A stretch of 64,000 nt of DNA from an uncultured delta proteobacterium (lineage in GTDB: Bacteria > Desulfobacterota > Binatia > Binatales > Binataceae): the NCBI GenBank assembly GCA_963794325.1, contig CAWCDG010000003.1:224001-288000 (forward strand), given 5' to 3'. This document shows positions 9,047 through 20,023 of this stretch, one piece after another. Both the position numbers and the translations under genes were made by a program. Within the stretch, counting starts at the first letter, position 1. The number at the start of each line of letters is the position of its first letter. The notes beneath the pieces are model-generated. The model searched no databases, was not told where the DNA came from, and was given only the letters and a program-made list of their open reading frames with translations.

Positions 9047-10453
9047 ATGCTTCGGAACCCTGAAAAGAAGGTAATCGGCGCGATCGAGGCCGCTCTCCTG
9101 CGCGCGGGTGCGCGTCGCGGCTCGGCCATTCTCGTCGGATTCTCCGGCGGTGCAGATTCCGTCGCGCTGACCTGCGCGATGCTCGAGCTTCGCGGCCATC
9201 TGGGACTCCGCATCGTGGCCGCGCATCTAAACCATCGGATCCGCGGTGATGAGGCCGACCGCGACGAGGAATTCGTGCGGCGGATGTGTGCACGGCTCGC
9301 GATTGAGTTGACCGTCGAGCGTGCCGATGGGCTGGACGCCTCGACCTCTACCGCGAACCTCGAGGAACGCGCCCGCGATGCCAGGCGCGAGTTTCTGCTG
9401 CGCGTTGCCGACCGCGTTCATGCCGATTTTGTAGCGCTCGGACACCATCGCGACGATCAGGCTGAGACTGTGTTGATGCGATTGATGCGCGGTAGTGGCG
9501 CGGCTGGCCTGTCGGCGATGGCCGAACGTGGGCCGGGACGCCTTATTCGCCCGATGTTGTCGGTGTCGCGCGCCGAGATTCGTGAATATCTCGAAGCTCG
9601 TGCGATTCCATTCGTTGAAGATTCGTCTAATGCGTCGCTGGACATTCTGCGCAACCGGATTCGGGTCGAGCTGCTGCCATTGCTCGAGCGCGAGTACGCG
9701 CCGGGCTTCAGCGGGCGGCTGTTCGAATTGGCGAGCGAGATGCGCTCGCTCGACGAGTTGGTCACCGCAATTGCCGCGCGCGAACTGGACGCGATGCGCG
9801 CCCATGGCGATGCGCTCGACGTTTCCGGCTTCGCCGTTGTGAATCGCGCGGTGCAGGCGGTCGTGATTCGGCTGTTTCTTGCCGAGCGAATCGGATCGTT
9901 GCGTAAAATCTCGCGCGCGCATGTCGAGAGCGTGCTTCATCTTATTGTCGAAGGCGGCCCCAGCGATTCGATCGACCTTCCGGGCGGCTGGCTCGCCAGG
10001 CGCGAGTACAATTTTCTTCGGTTGATGAATGTCCGAGAGCGCGCGGCTGCCGACATATCGTTTTCCGTTCCGATCGCCGCCGATGGTGTCACAATCGTCG
10101 ATGCAGCGGGCTTCAAGTTCGAGTCTTCGACGATTGCCGCAGCCGACGCCTCGATGCCCGATAGTCCATCTGTCGCGATGTTCGACGCCGCGAAAATCGC
10201 CGACGCAGGTTTGATCGCGCGCAATTTTATGGAGGGCGACCGGATTCATCCGATGGGCATGCGCGGTACGCGCAAGGTCCACGACGTGTTCGTCGATCGG
10301 AAACTGCCGCAGGCGTCACGCGGCCGCTTCCCGGTCGTCACGCTGGCCGGCGAAATCGTGTGGCTCCCCGGACTCGCACGCGCTGAATGCGCCCGCGTCA
10401 CCAAGGCCACCGAAACCATACTGCGCGTTGAGGCGTCTGAAATCGCCGCTTAG
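9047..10453 (+). CDS. tilS: tRNA(Ile)-lysidine synthetase
   Basis: SGGADS PP-loop, HLNHRIR, GHHRDDQAET, RP.L, RNRIR; directly upstream of ftsH. Confidence 0.93.
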   Translation: MLRNPEKKVIGAIEAALLRAGARRGSAILVGFSGGADSVALTCAMLELRGHLGLRIVAAHLNHRIRGDEADRDEEFVRRMCARLAIELTVERADGLDASTSTANLEERARDARREFLLRVADRVHADFVALGHHRDDQAETVLMRLMRGSGAAGLSAMAERGPGRLIRPMLSVSRAEIREYLEARAIPFVEDSSNASLDILRNRIRVELLPLLEREYAPGFSGRLFELASEMRSLDELVTAIAARELDAMRAHGDALDVSGFAVVNRAVQAVVIRLFLAERIGSLRKISRAHVESVLHLIVEGGPSDSIDLPGGWLARREYNFLRLMNVRERAAADISFSVPIAADGVTIVDAAGFKFESSTIAAADASMPDSPSVAMFDAAKIADAGLIARNFMEGDRIHPMGMRGTRKVHDVFVDRKLPQASRGRFPVVTLAGEIVWLPGLARAECARVTKATETILRVEASEIAA

Positions 10454-10503
10454 CGCATTCCACATTGCGCGCGCATTAACCAGCGTGATACTTTTTTAAT
10501 AGC

Positions 10504-12432
<1,929 letters not shown>

Positions 12433-12523
12433 TCGTCTCGCGCGCGTAGGCGCGCCGCTCCGATCGATTCGATTTCGCGCAGCGAGTTGGTGGCCGCGCG
12501 GGTGAGGTGTGGGTGCGGATGCG

Positions 12524-13486
12524 ATGCGACAGTCGCGGATTCAATCCAAATCTTCATCCAGTGATCGCGGTGGATCCAAACAGACGCCGCGATCGTCGTA
12601 TTCAGATCTCAAGCTGGCAGACGGGCGGGTAATCCGGTTCCCTGCCGTGATGGGCGTGCTCAACGTGACGCCCGACTCTTTCTCCGACGGCGGACGGTAT
12701 CTGGAGGCCGACCGCGCCGTCGATCACGCGCTCGCGATGGAAGCGGCGGGCGCCGACATTGTCGATATTGGCGGGGAGTCGTCGCGCCCCGTTGGCGCAC
12801 TAGAGGTTCCCGTCGAAGTCGAGCTTGCGCGCGTCACGCCGGTTCTCGAGCGCCTCGGCAAGCGGCTCAAAGTGCCAATCTCGATTGACACCCGCCGGGC
12901 CGAGGTGGCGCGCGTAGCGCTCGAATCGGGTGCCGCGATAATCAACGACATCACCGCCCTCGAGCACGACCCCGAAATGGCGCCGCTCGCGGCGCGAACG
13001 AAATGCGCTGTAGTGCTGATGCATATGCGCGGCGGTCCCGCAGATCATATCAAGTTCGCGCACTACGACGACGTCGTCCGCGAAGTCGCCGAGTACCTCG
13101 AAGCAGGCGCGAGATTTGCCGCCGCGGCAGGGGTCGCGCGCTCGCGAATTATCCTCGATCCGGGACTAGGTTTCGCCAAGAACGCGCAGCATAATCTGAG
13201 GTTGCTGGCCGACTTGCCCGTCCTCTGTGCGCTCGGCTATCCGGTATTAGTAGGAGCGTCGCGCAAGACTTTCGTGTCTCGACTCTCGGTCGGCACCGCC
13301 GCTGTCGGCACCGCCGCGGGGGCGGGCGAGCGAGAGCTGGAATTCGGCACCGCGGCTGCGAACGCGATTGCGATTGCGGCTGGCGCGTCGATAGTACGCG
13401 TGCACGACGTTGGCGCGGCCGTCGCCGTGGTCCGGATGGCGGCGGCAATAGCGGGACGAGATCAACGGTTCAATCGCGATGCATAG
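12524..13486 (+). CDS. folP: Dihydropteroate synthase
   Basis: MGVLNVTPDSFSDGG, DIGGESSRP, LDPGLGF, SRK, RVHDV; start uncertain. Confidence 0.95.
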   Translation: MRQSRIQSKSSSSDRGGSKQTPRSSYSDLKLADGRVIRFPAVMGVLNVTPDSFSDGGRYLEADRAVDHALAMEAAGADIVDIGGESSRPVGALEVPVEVELARVTPVLERLGKRLKVPISIDTRRAEVARVALESGAAIINDITALEHDPEMAPLAARTKCAVVLMHMRGGPADHIKFAHYDDVVREVAEYLEAGARFAAAAGVARSRIILDPGLGFAKNAQHNLRLLADLPVLCALGYPVLVGASRKTFVSRLSVGTAAVGTAAGAGERELEFGTAAANAIAIAAGASIVRVHDVGAAVAVVRMAAAIAGRDQRFNRDA

Positions 13487-14231
13487 TTACATACCAATGA
13501 TACCGCAGCCGCGATGGCAGGACGTGCTCGACATCCTGATCGTCGCATACGTGATCTACCGGATCGCGATGCTCATTCGCGGCACGCGCACGATGCAGAT
13601 GGTGCTGGGGCTGGTGATCGTGGGCGGCGCGTTCGTCGCGTCGCAAGTGCTCGGACTGTTCACCCTGAACTGGCTGCTGAATAATTTTCTCGGCTCGTTG
13701 TTCGTAATCCTGGTGGTAATATTCCAGGCGGACATTCGCCGCGCGCTGACCCGGGTCGGTGCGCAATCGTTTCTCGGCCGCAATGCGGCGACCGCCACCC
13801 CTGCCGAGGAAATAGCGACCGCGGCGGCATGGTGCTCGGCCCGCCGTGTCGGTGCTTTGATTGTGATCGAGCAGGACGACGGGCTGGGCGAGTTCGTCGA
13901 GAGCGGCAGAATCGTCGATGCCAGGGTTTCGCCGGAATTGCTCGAAACAATTTTCATGAATGGCTCGCCGTTGCATGATGGCGCGGTGATAATTAACGGT
14001 GACCGTGTGCTTGCGGCGGCGTGTCTGCTGCCGCTCTCGCAGAATCCCAATGTGAGCCTGTCGCTCGGCACGCGGCATCGCGCGGCGATCGGATTGAGCG
14101 AGGACAGCGACGCGGTGGTGCTGGTGGTTTCCGAGGAGAGCGGAATGATTTCACTGGCGCGCGGCGGCGTGCTGAGCCGTGGACTGGAACCGGCCGAAGT
14201 TTTGTCCACCCTGAGGAAGCTGCCGGGTTAG
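13479..14231 (+). CDS. cdaA: Diadenylate cyclase CdaA/DacA
   Basis: Three N-terminal TM segments; LHDGAVI and GTRHRAA DAC motifs. Confidence 0.95.
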   Translation: MHSYIPMIPQPRWQDVLDILIVAYVIYRIAMLIRGTRTMQMVLGLVIVGGAFVASQVLGLFTLNWLLNNFLGSLFVILVVIFQADIRRALTRVGAQSFLGRNAATATPAEEIATAAAWCSARRVGALIVIEQDDGLGEFVESGRIVDARVSPELLETIFMNGSPLHDGAVIINGDRVLAAACLLPLSQNPNVSLSLGTRHRAAIGLSEDSDAVVLVVSEESGMISLARGGVLSRGLEPAEVLSTLRKLPG

Positions 14232-14241
14232 GAGCGATAGA

Positions 14242-15240
14242 GTGGAGATCGACGGACGACGCGCGATGAGGATGAGCAATTTCAAATATCTATCCGCAAT
14301 CTCGCGCCGGCTCCGCGACAGCAACATCGGTCTGCGCGTCCTGGCCGTGGCGCTTGCGGTCGGGCTCTGGATCTTCGTCAACGCGGGCGAGCGCGGCGCG
14401 GTCGAGTCGCTGACCGTGCCTATCAGCTATGCTTCGCTGCCGCCGGGGATGGTGATCGTGAACAATCCGCCGACCCAGGTGAAGATCGATGTCACCGGCC
14501 CGCGCACGCTGCTGTCGCTGCTGGATCCCCAGCGCCTCACCCTCAAGGTCGATCTGCGCAGCTTTGCGGCCGGACAATCCGATTTCAAAATTTATCCCGG
14601 GATGTTCAACGTCGGACGAAACACGTCGGTGACGAGCATCTCGCCGGACCAATTGTCGCTTGATATCGATCAACAGGTTACGCGCGACGTGCCCGTCCAT
14701 CTCGCGGTTCAGGACCGGGTCGCGCCCGGCTACGCGATTTCATCGGTGGATATTACGCCGTCAAGCGTTACTATCGTCGGCCCCAGCCGCTATGTGGCGC
14801 CGCTCACGTCGGTCAGCACCGAGCCGTTCGATCTCAAGGGACTTACTTCTGAAACCACCCGTTCAGTTGAGATCGTTCCTCCCGATCCGTCGCTTGGATT
14901 GTCCACCGGCCACGTCGAGGCCAAGGTAAATGTCGCCGAGGCGATCGCTGATCGCGAGTTTCATCCGGACGTCGAGGTCAAGGACAGCGGCTTCAAGTAC
15001 CGCGTCGTCCCCAAGCAGGCGACGCTGACGATTCGCGGCCCCGCGGTGAAGCTGGCCGGCCTCGCGCCGAAGGGGCTCGCCTACGTTGACGCCAACGGAC
15101 TCGCGCCGGGCTCGCATGAATTGCCGCTGCAGGTGACGCTGCCGGACGGAATGCAGTTGGTGCGCCAGTCGCCCGACAAGGTTAGACTGCGTATGTATCA
15201 CGAGAAGCTGTCCACCACCTCTGATGAGCACCCATCGTAA
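14242..15240 (+). CDS. cdaR: CdaR/YbbR-repeat regulator
   Basis: N-terminal TM plus repeated V.V.GP units; located between cdaA and glmM. Confidence 0.85.
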   Translation: MEIDGRRAMRMSNFKYLSAISRRLRDSNIGLRVLAVALAVGLWIFVNAGERGAVESLTVPISYASLPPGMVIVNNPPTQVKIDVTGPRTLLSLLDPQRLTLKVDLRSFAAGQSDFKIYPGMFNVGRNTSVTSISPDQLSLDIDQQVTRDVPVHLAVQDRVAPGYAISSVDITPSSVTIVGPSRYVAPLTSVSTEPFDLKGLTSETTRSVEIVPPDPSLGLSTGHVEAKVNVAEAIADREFHPDVEVKDSGFKYRVVPKQATLTIRGPAVKLAGLAPKGLAYVDANGLAPGSHELPLQVTLPDGMQLVRQSPDKVRLRMYHEKLSTTSDEHPS

Positions 15241-16588
15241 ACTTTTCGGCACCGACGGCGTCCGCGGCGTCGCCAACCTCGAGCCGATTACCTCGGAGAC
15301 GGCGCTCAAGCTCGGCCGCGCGCTCGCGCACGTCTTCCGCAATACCACCGGGCGTCACCGCAGAATTCTGATCGGCAAGGATACGCGGCTGTCGGGATAC
15401 ATGCTCGAGACCGCGATGGAATCCGGGATCTGCTCGATGGGCGTGGACGTATGGCTGGTTGGCCCGCTGCCGACGCCCGCAATCGCGTTCCTGACCCGCA
15501 GCATGCGCGCCGACGCCGGCATCGTCATATCGGCCTCGCACAATCCTTTCCAGGACAACGGAATCAAGTTTTTCTCGAGCGAGGGATTCAAACTGGACGA
15601 CGAGACCGAGCGCCGAATCGAAGCGCTGGTGTTCGACGAAGCGGAGATCGAGAAGAATCGCGCGCGCCCCGACGACATCGGCAAGGCGACGCGAATCGAC
15701 GACGCGCTCGGCCGCTACCAGGTGTTTCTCAAGTCGTGCCTGCCGCGCTCGGTGGTATTCGACGGCCTCAAGGTCGCGATCGATTGCGCCAACGGCGCGG
15801 CCTACAAGGTCGGTCCCGAGGCGCTCGAAGAGCTCGGCGCCGAGGTCGTCACGATCGGCGTCGATCCCGACGGTAAAAATATAAATCTGAATTGCGGCGC
15901 GATGCATCTTGAGGCGATCCGGGAAACCGTTCTGCGCGAGCACTGCAACGTCGGTATCGCGCTCGACGGCGACGGCGATCGCGTGATGCTTATCGACGAG
16001 CGCGGCGAAGTATGGGACGGCGACGACGTGATGGCGCTGCTCGGACGCAAGCTCGCCGCCGAAGGCCGGCTCCACGGCAACGCTGTCGTCGCCACCGTGA
16101 TGAGCAATTTCGGACTCGAGCTTGCGCTGCGCGACGCGGGTGTGCGGCTGATTCGCACCGAGGTCGGCGACCCCTCGGTCGCGCGCGAGATGCGCCTGAA
16201 CTCGTACAACCTCGGCGGCGAGCAATCGGGCCACGTCATCTTCATGGATCACTCGACCACCGGCGACGGCCTGATAAGCGCGCTGCTGGTCCTCGCGCAA
16301 CTGGTCGACAGCGGCCGAACCCTCAGCGAGCTTCGCGCGATGCGCCGCGTGCCGCAGGTGCTCGAAAACGTCCGCGTTAAAAATCGCATGCCGCTGGCTG
16401 AGATGCCCGACGTGCAGCGAATAATGGCCGACGCCGAAGAGCGCCTGGCTGGCACCGGCCGCCTCCTGGTCCGCTATTCCGGCACCGAAATGCTCGCCCG
16501 CGTGATGGTCGAAGGCGAAGACGCCGCCCAAATCAAAACGCTCGCGCAAGAAATCGGCGCCGCCATCCAGAAACACGCCGGCGCCTGA
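15224..16588 (+). CDS. glmM: Phosphoglucosamine mutase
   Basis: FGTDGVRG, SASHNP, DGDGDR, GGEQSGH, RYSGTE. Confidence 0.97.
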   Translation: MSTHRKLFGTDGVRGVANLEPITSETALKLGRALAHVFRNTTGRHRRILIGKDTRLSGYMLETAMESGICSMGVDVWLVGPLPTPAIAFLTRSMRADAGIVISASHNPFQDNGIKFFSSEGFKLDDETERRIEALVFDEAEIEKNRARPDDIGKATRIDDALGRYQVFLKSCLPRSVVFDGLKVAIDCANGAAYKVGPEALEELGAEVVTIGVDPDGKNINLNCGAMHLEAIRETVLREHCNVGIALDGDGDRVMLIDERGEVWDGDDVMALLGRKLAAEGRLHGNAVVATVMSNFGLELALRDAGVRLIRTEVGDPSVAREMRLNSYNLGGEQSGHVIFMDHSTTGDGLISALLVLAQLVDSGRTLSELRAMRRVPQVLENVRVKNRMPLAEMPDVQRIMADAEERLAGTGRLLVRYSGTEMLARVMVEGEDAAQIKTLAQEIGAAIQKHAGA

Positions 16589-16589
16589 T

Positions 16590-16678
16590 ACTGGGTGCAG
16601 AGCTTGTCCTGAGCGAAGCCGAAGGAGGTCACCCCTGCCCAAGGAAGTGTGAAACCCACGGCGGGTTTCACGTTCAAT
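16590..16678 (+). repeat. Intergenic palindromic repeat, copy A, containing a 24-bp insertion
   Basis: Core GTGAAACCCACGGCGGGTTTCAC; homologous to the inverted copy at 49539-49602. Confidence 0.8.
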
Positions 16679-16693
16679 AAAATGATTCCCCGC

Positions 16694-17449
16694 TCACTTT
16701 CGTTTCGCGCGCTTCACCTCGGTCGGCTTCGATCCCAGCGCCTTCAGATACGCCTTCACCGTTCGCGTGAGACCCATATAGAGCGCGTCCGAAATCAGCG
16801 CATGCCCGATTGAAACTTCCTGCAACCCTTTCACTGCCTTCACGTAGGTCGGAAGATTCTTGAGATCGAGGTCATGCCCCGCATTCACGCCGAGCCCGAT
16901 CTTCCGCGCCAAGCGCGCAGTCTCGCGATGCGCCGCGAGTATCGTTTTGCCGGCGGACGTGCCGAACGCATGCGCATACGGCCCGGTGTACAACTCGATT
17001 CGATCGGCTCCGAATTTTCGCGCGAGCTCGATCTGCTCGGCGTCAGTCTCGAGAAAAAGACTGGTGCGGATGCCTGCGTCGCGAAACCTCGCGAGCACCT
17101 CGCGCAACCAATCAGCCGCGCCACCCTTCAGGTTCCATCCCGCGCTCGAGGTCAGCACACCAGGCGGGTCGGGCACCAGCGTCACCTGCGTCGGCCGCAC
17201 CCGCATCACCAGGTCGATAAACTCCTCGCCCGGATATCCCTCGATGTTGAACTCGACCGTCAGCATCGCGGCGAGATCGAACACGTCCTGAAATGTGATG
17301 TGCCGGGCGTCGGGTCGCGGATGAACGGTTATCCCCTGGCATCCCGCGGCAATACAGGTGCGAGCCGCCTCGACGACGTTCGGAATATCTCCACCCCGCG
17401 CATTCCTGAGCGTCGCAATTTTATTGACGTTAACGCTAAGCCGAATCAT
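16694..17449 (-). CDS. pdxJ: Pyridoxine 5'-phosphate synthase
   Basis: LSVNVNKIATLRNARG, ITVHPRPD.RHI, IELYTGPY, VNAGHDL, EVSIGHALI. Confidence 0.95.
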   Translation of the reverse strand: MIRLSVNVNKIATLRNARGGDIPNVVEAARTCIAAGCQGITVHPRPDARHITFQDVFDLAAMLTVEFNIEGYPGEEFIDLVMRVRPTQVTLVPDPPGVLTSSAGWNLKGGAADWLREVLARFRDAGIRTSLFLETDAEQIELARKFGADRIELYTGPYAHAFGTSAGKTILAAHRETARLARKIGLGVNAGHDLDLKNLPTYVKAVKGLQEVSIGHALISDALYMGLTRTVKAYLKALGSKPTEVKRAKRK

Positions 17450-17528
17450 CCGGCTCAACGTTACCAGACCCCCACCGCTCATTCACGGGTAGTGTGCATG
17501 GTGTAATATTTTGTTGGGTTATCTGATC

Positions 17529-19082
17529 ATGATCCTCCTCGACGCCGTCCAAAGCCGCGAACTCGACCGAATCAGCCAGGATAAGTACGGGATACCGTCA
17601 GACTCGCTGATGACGCGCGCCGGCGAGGCGGTTGCCGACGCTCTCGTCGAGCGGTTTCCCGAGGCTGCCACCGACGTGCTTGTCGTCGCGGGCAAGGGCA
17701 ACAACGGCGGCGACGGATTCGTGGCGGGACGGCGTCTCATTCAGGACGGCTTCGCGGTGCGCGCGGTCCTGCTCGGCCGCGCAGCGGACTTGAAAACAGA
17801 TGCGGCCCGCGCGCACGCGGATTTCCGCACTGCCGGCGGCAAAGTGATCGAGGCAGTTGGAGAGTCGGCTCTCGAAACCGCGCTGGGCAAGAAGCCGAGC
17901 GCTGCCATCGACGCGATTTTCGGCTCCGGACTGAATGCCGAGGTGAAAGACGCACCGCGCCGCGCGATCGAGATTGTGAATGCATTTGAATTGCCCATCG
18001 TCGCTGTCGATATCGCGTCAGGAGTCAATTCGGATACCGGCGCTATTATGGGCGTCGCGATTCGAGCTTCGCTCACCGTGACGTTCGGCTTCGCCAAGTT
18101 CGGCCACGTTTCGTATCCGGGCGCGGGACAAACCGGCGAAGTGCGAGTTGCCGATATCGGTTTCGCACCGCATGCGATTGACGAGATAGCACCGCGCGGC
18201 CGATTCCTCGAGCGCGCGGACTTGCAGCATCTGATTCGCCCGCGGCCGGAGAATTCGCACAAGGGCATGTATGGGCATCCTCTCGTGATCGCCGGCGCTC
18301 GCGGCAAATCCGGCGCCGTACTGCTCGCATCGCGGGCCGCGCTGAGGACCGGCGCCGGCCTGGTCACCGCCGCGATGCCGGAATCGATCCAGCCGATCGT
18401 CGCGTCGGGTCAGGCCGAGCTGATGACGGAACCGATTGCCGATCGCGACGGGCATTTTGACGGCGCCCACGCACCCGATGCGTTGAAGATGATCCTCGAC
18501 GGTAAGAACGCGCTGATCGTCGGTCCGGGAATCGGCGTTACAGATGATACGAAGCGACTCATCGAATGGCTCATTTCCGACGCTTCCGAGCGCGATCGCC
18601 CGATGCTTATCGACGCGGACGGGTTGAACGCGCTCGCCGCGATCGGTTGCGAGTCTTTGAAGCGCGCGCGCGGTCCCGTCGTTCTGACGCCTCATCCGGG
18701 AGAAGCCTCGCGCCTGCTCGGAATTCCCACTACGGCTATCAACGCCGATCGCGTCTCGGCAGCACGTAGGCTTGCAGAGCGGACAGGAGCGACTGTGCTG
18801 ATTAAAGGCGCTCGCTCGGTTATCGCATCTCCCGACGGCGACATCTATATCAACTCGACCGGAAATCCTGGCATGGCCACGCCGGGAATGGGCGATGCGC
18901 TGTCGGGAATCGTCGGCGCGATGCTCGGACAACATATGAGCCCGCTCGACGCTCTCGCGTTCGGCGTCTTTCTCCACGGCTGCGCGGCAGACCGGGTCGC
19001 TCAGCGTATCGGACGCATCGGCTACATCGCCGGCGACCTCATCGACGAGCTGCCCGCCGCTCTGGAAGCGCTATCGAAGTAG
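17529..19082 (+). CDS. nnr: Bifunctional NAD(P)H-hydrate epimerase/dehydratase
   Basis: GKGNNGGDG, DAIFG.G, HKG.YG, DADGLN, LTPHPGE, GMGD.L.G. Confidence 0.95.
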   Translation: MILLDAVQSRELDRISQDKYGIPSDSLMTRAGEAVADALVERFPEAATDVLVVAGKGNNGGDGFVAGRRLIQDGFAVRAVLLGRAADLKTDAARAHADFRTAGGKVIEAVGESALETALGKKPSAAIDAIFGSGLNAEVKDAPRRAIEIVNAFELPIVAVDIASGVNSDTGAIMGVAIRASLTVTFGFAKFGHVSYPGAGQTGEVRVADIGFAPHAIDEIAPRGRFLERADLQHLIRPRPENSHKGMYGHPLVIAGARGKSGAVLLASRAALRTGAGLVTAAMPESIQPIVASGQAELMTEPIADRDGHFDGAHAPDALKMILDGKNALIVGPGIGVTDDTKRLIEWLISDASERDRPMLIDADGLNALAAIGCESLKRARGPVVLTPHPGEASRLLGIPTTAINADRVSAARRLAERTGATVLIKGARSVIASPDGDIYINSTGNPGMATPGMGDALSGIVGAMLGQHMSPLDALAFGVFLHGCAADRVAQRIGRIGYIAGDLIDELPAALEALSK

Positions 19083-19112
19083 TAGAGCTATTTTGATAAC
19101 TGAGTAATCGCG

Positions 19113-19616
19113 ATGCCTAATGCCGCAACAGACTCGGGCGCGACCGTGGTCACGATGGTGATCGAAAGCCGCTCGCCGCACGAGACCAAGTCGTGGGGAC
19201 GGCGGCTTGCCTCTCTGCTCGAAGGCGGGGAACTGCTCGGATTGATCGGTGACCTCGGCGCGGGCAAGACCGTCTTCATCAAAGGCCTTGCGAGCGGACT
19301 AAGCCTGCGCGAGGAAGACATCCTGAGTCCGACCTTCACGATGATCCAAGAGCATCACGGCCGCTTCCCGCTTTATCACATCGATCTCTACCGCCTCGAA
19401 GAGGCGACCCTCGACGACCTCGGCCTCCGCGAATACCTGTTCTCCGCAGGCGTCGCCGCCGTGGAATGGTTCGAGCGCCTGCGCGACAGCGCCGAGATGG
19501 AATTCCTGTCAGTGCGAATCAGCTATGCCGGCGCCAACCTCCGCCGCATCGAATTCAGCGCCGTGGATTCCCGCCACGCACAAATAATTTCCAAGTTGAA
19601 ACGCAGCTTCGCCTGA
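19113..19616 (+). CDS. tsaE: t6A biosynthesis ATPase TsaE
   Basis: GDLGAGKT, SPTF, YHIDLYRL, VEW. Confidence 0.95.
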   Translation: MPNAATDSGATVVTMVIESRSPHETKSWGRRLASLLEGGELLGLIGDLGAGKTVFIKGLASGLSLREEDILSPTFTMIQEHHGRFPLYHIDLYRLEEATLDDLGLREYLFSAGVAAVEWFERLRDSAEMEFLSVRISYAGANLRRIEFSAVDSRHAQIISKLKRSFA

Positions 19617-19657
19617 GTCGTCGCAGAAGTGCCTAAGAAGCGGTTCCTGAAATGAAA

Positions 19658-19701
19658 TTCCGGTTCCCCTTCCCGTTCGGGAAGGGGTTAGGGGTTAGGT
19701 T
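19658..19701 (+). repeat. Hairpin plus GGGGTTA repeat, copy 1
   Basis: TTCCGGTTCCCCTTCCCGTTCGGGAAGGGGTTAGGGGTTAGGTT; two more copies at 52782 and 54103. Confidence 0.85.
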
Positions 19702-20023
19702 GCTTGCTCATCTCTCGACGCACTGGATAGTCCACGACAATCGCCCGCCCATCCGTGATCGCTCTCACAAAATGCTTTGTCTCCGGCGGCACGATCGCGA
19801 CGAACCCCGGACCCGCGATTTGCGTCTTACCGCCAATCTTAACTTCGAGCTGCCCTTCAATCACGTTCCAGACTTCCTCATTCGCATGCGAGTGCTCATG
19901 AATCGTTGACCCGGCCTCGAACACATAGTGCCCGAAGGTCATGCTCTCCGAATCGAAGTATTTGCCCTTCCATCCGGGGAGCCGCTCGATTGTCTTCAAC
20001 TTGTTAGTGTCGATGAAAGGCAT
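19688..20023 (-). CDS. Cupin-domain protein
   Basis: HEHSH.NEE...V.EG and IVPP..KH cupin motifs. Confidence 0.85.
   Translation of the reverse strand: MPFIDTNKLKTIERLPGWKGKYFDSESMTFGHYVFEAGSTIHEHSHANEEVWNVIEGQLEVKIGGKTQIAGPGFVAIVPPETKHFVRAITDGRAIVVDYPVRREMSKQPNP

Noticed and set aside
12524-13486. folP as a sul resistance gene
   Set aside because: Chromosomal ftsH-folP context and LDPGLGFAK, lacking the Sul-type Phe-Gly insertion.
15182-16642. Long antisense or alternate-frame ORFs (here and e.g. 5501-6883, 48470-49543, 60262-61548)
   Set aside because: Shadow ORFs expected opposite high-GC genes; no recognisable motifs.
17488-17506. GGTAGTGTGCATGG as another IS1-like end
   Set aside because: Only the first 8 bases match well; no partner end or TSD.
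19658-19701. Repeat as an integron attC site (contains GTTAGGT/ACCTAAC and overlaps stop codons)
   Set aside because: No complementary RYYYAAC...GTTRRRY pair around the hairpin, no cassette array and no integrase.
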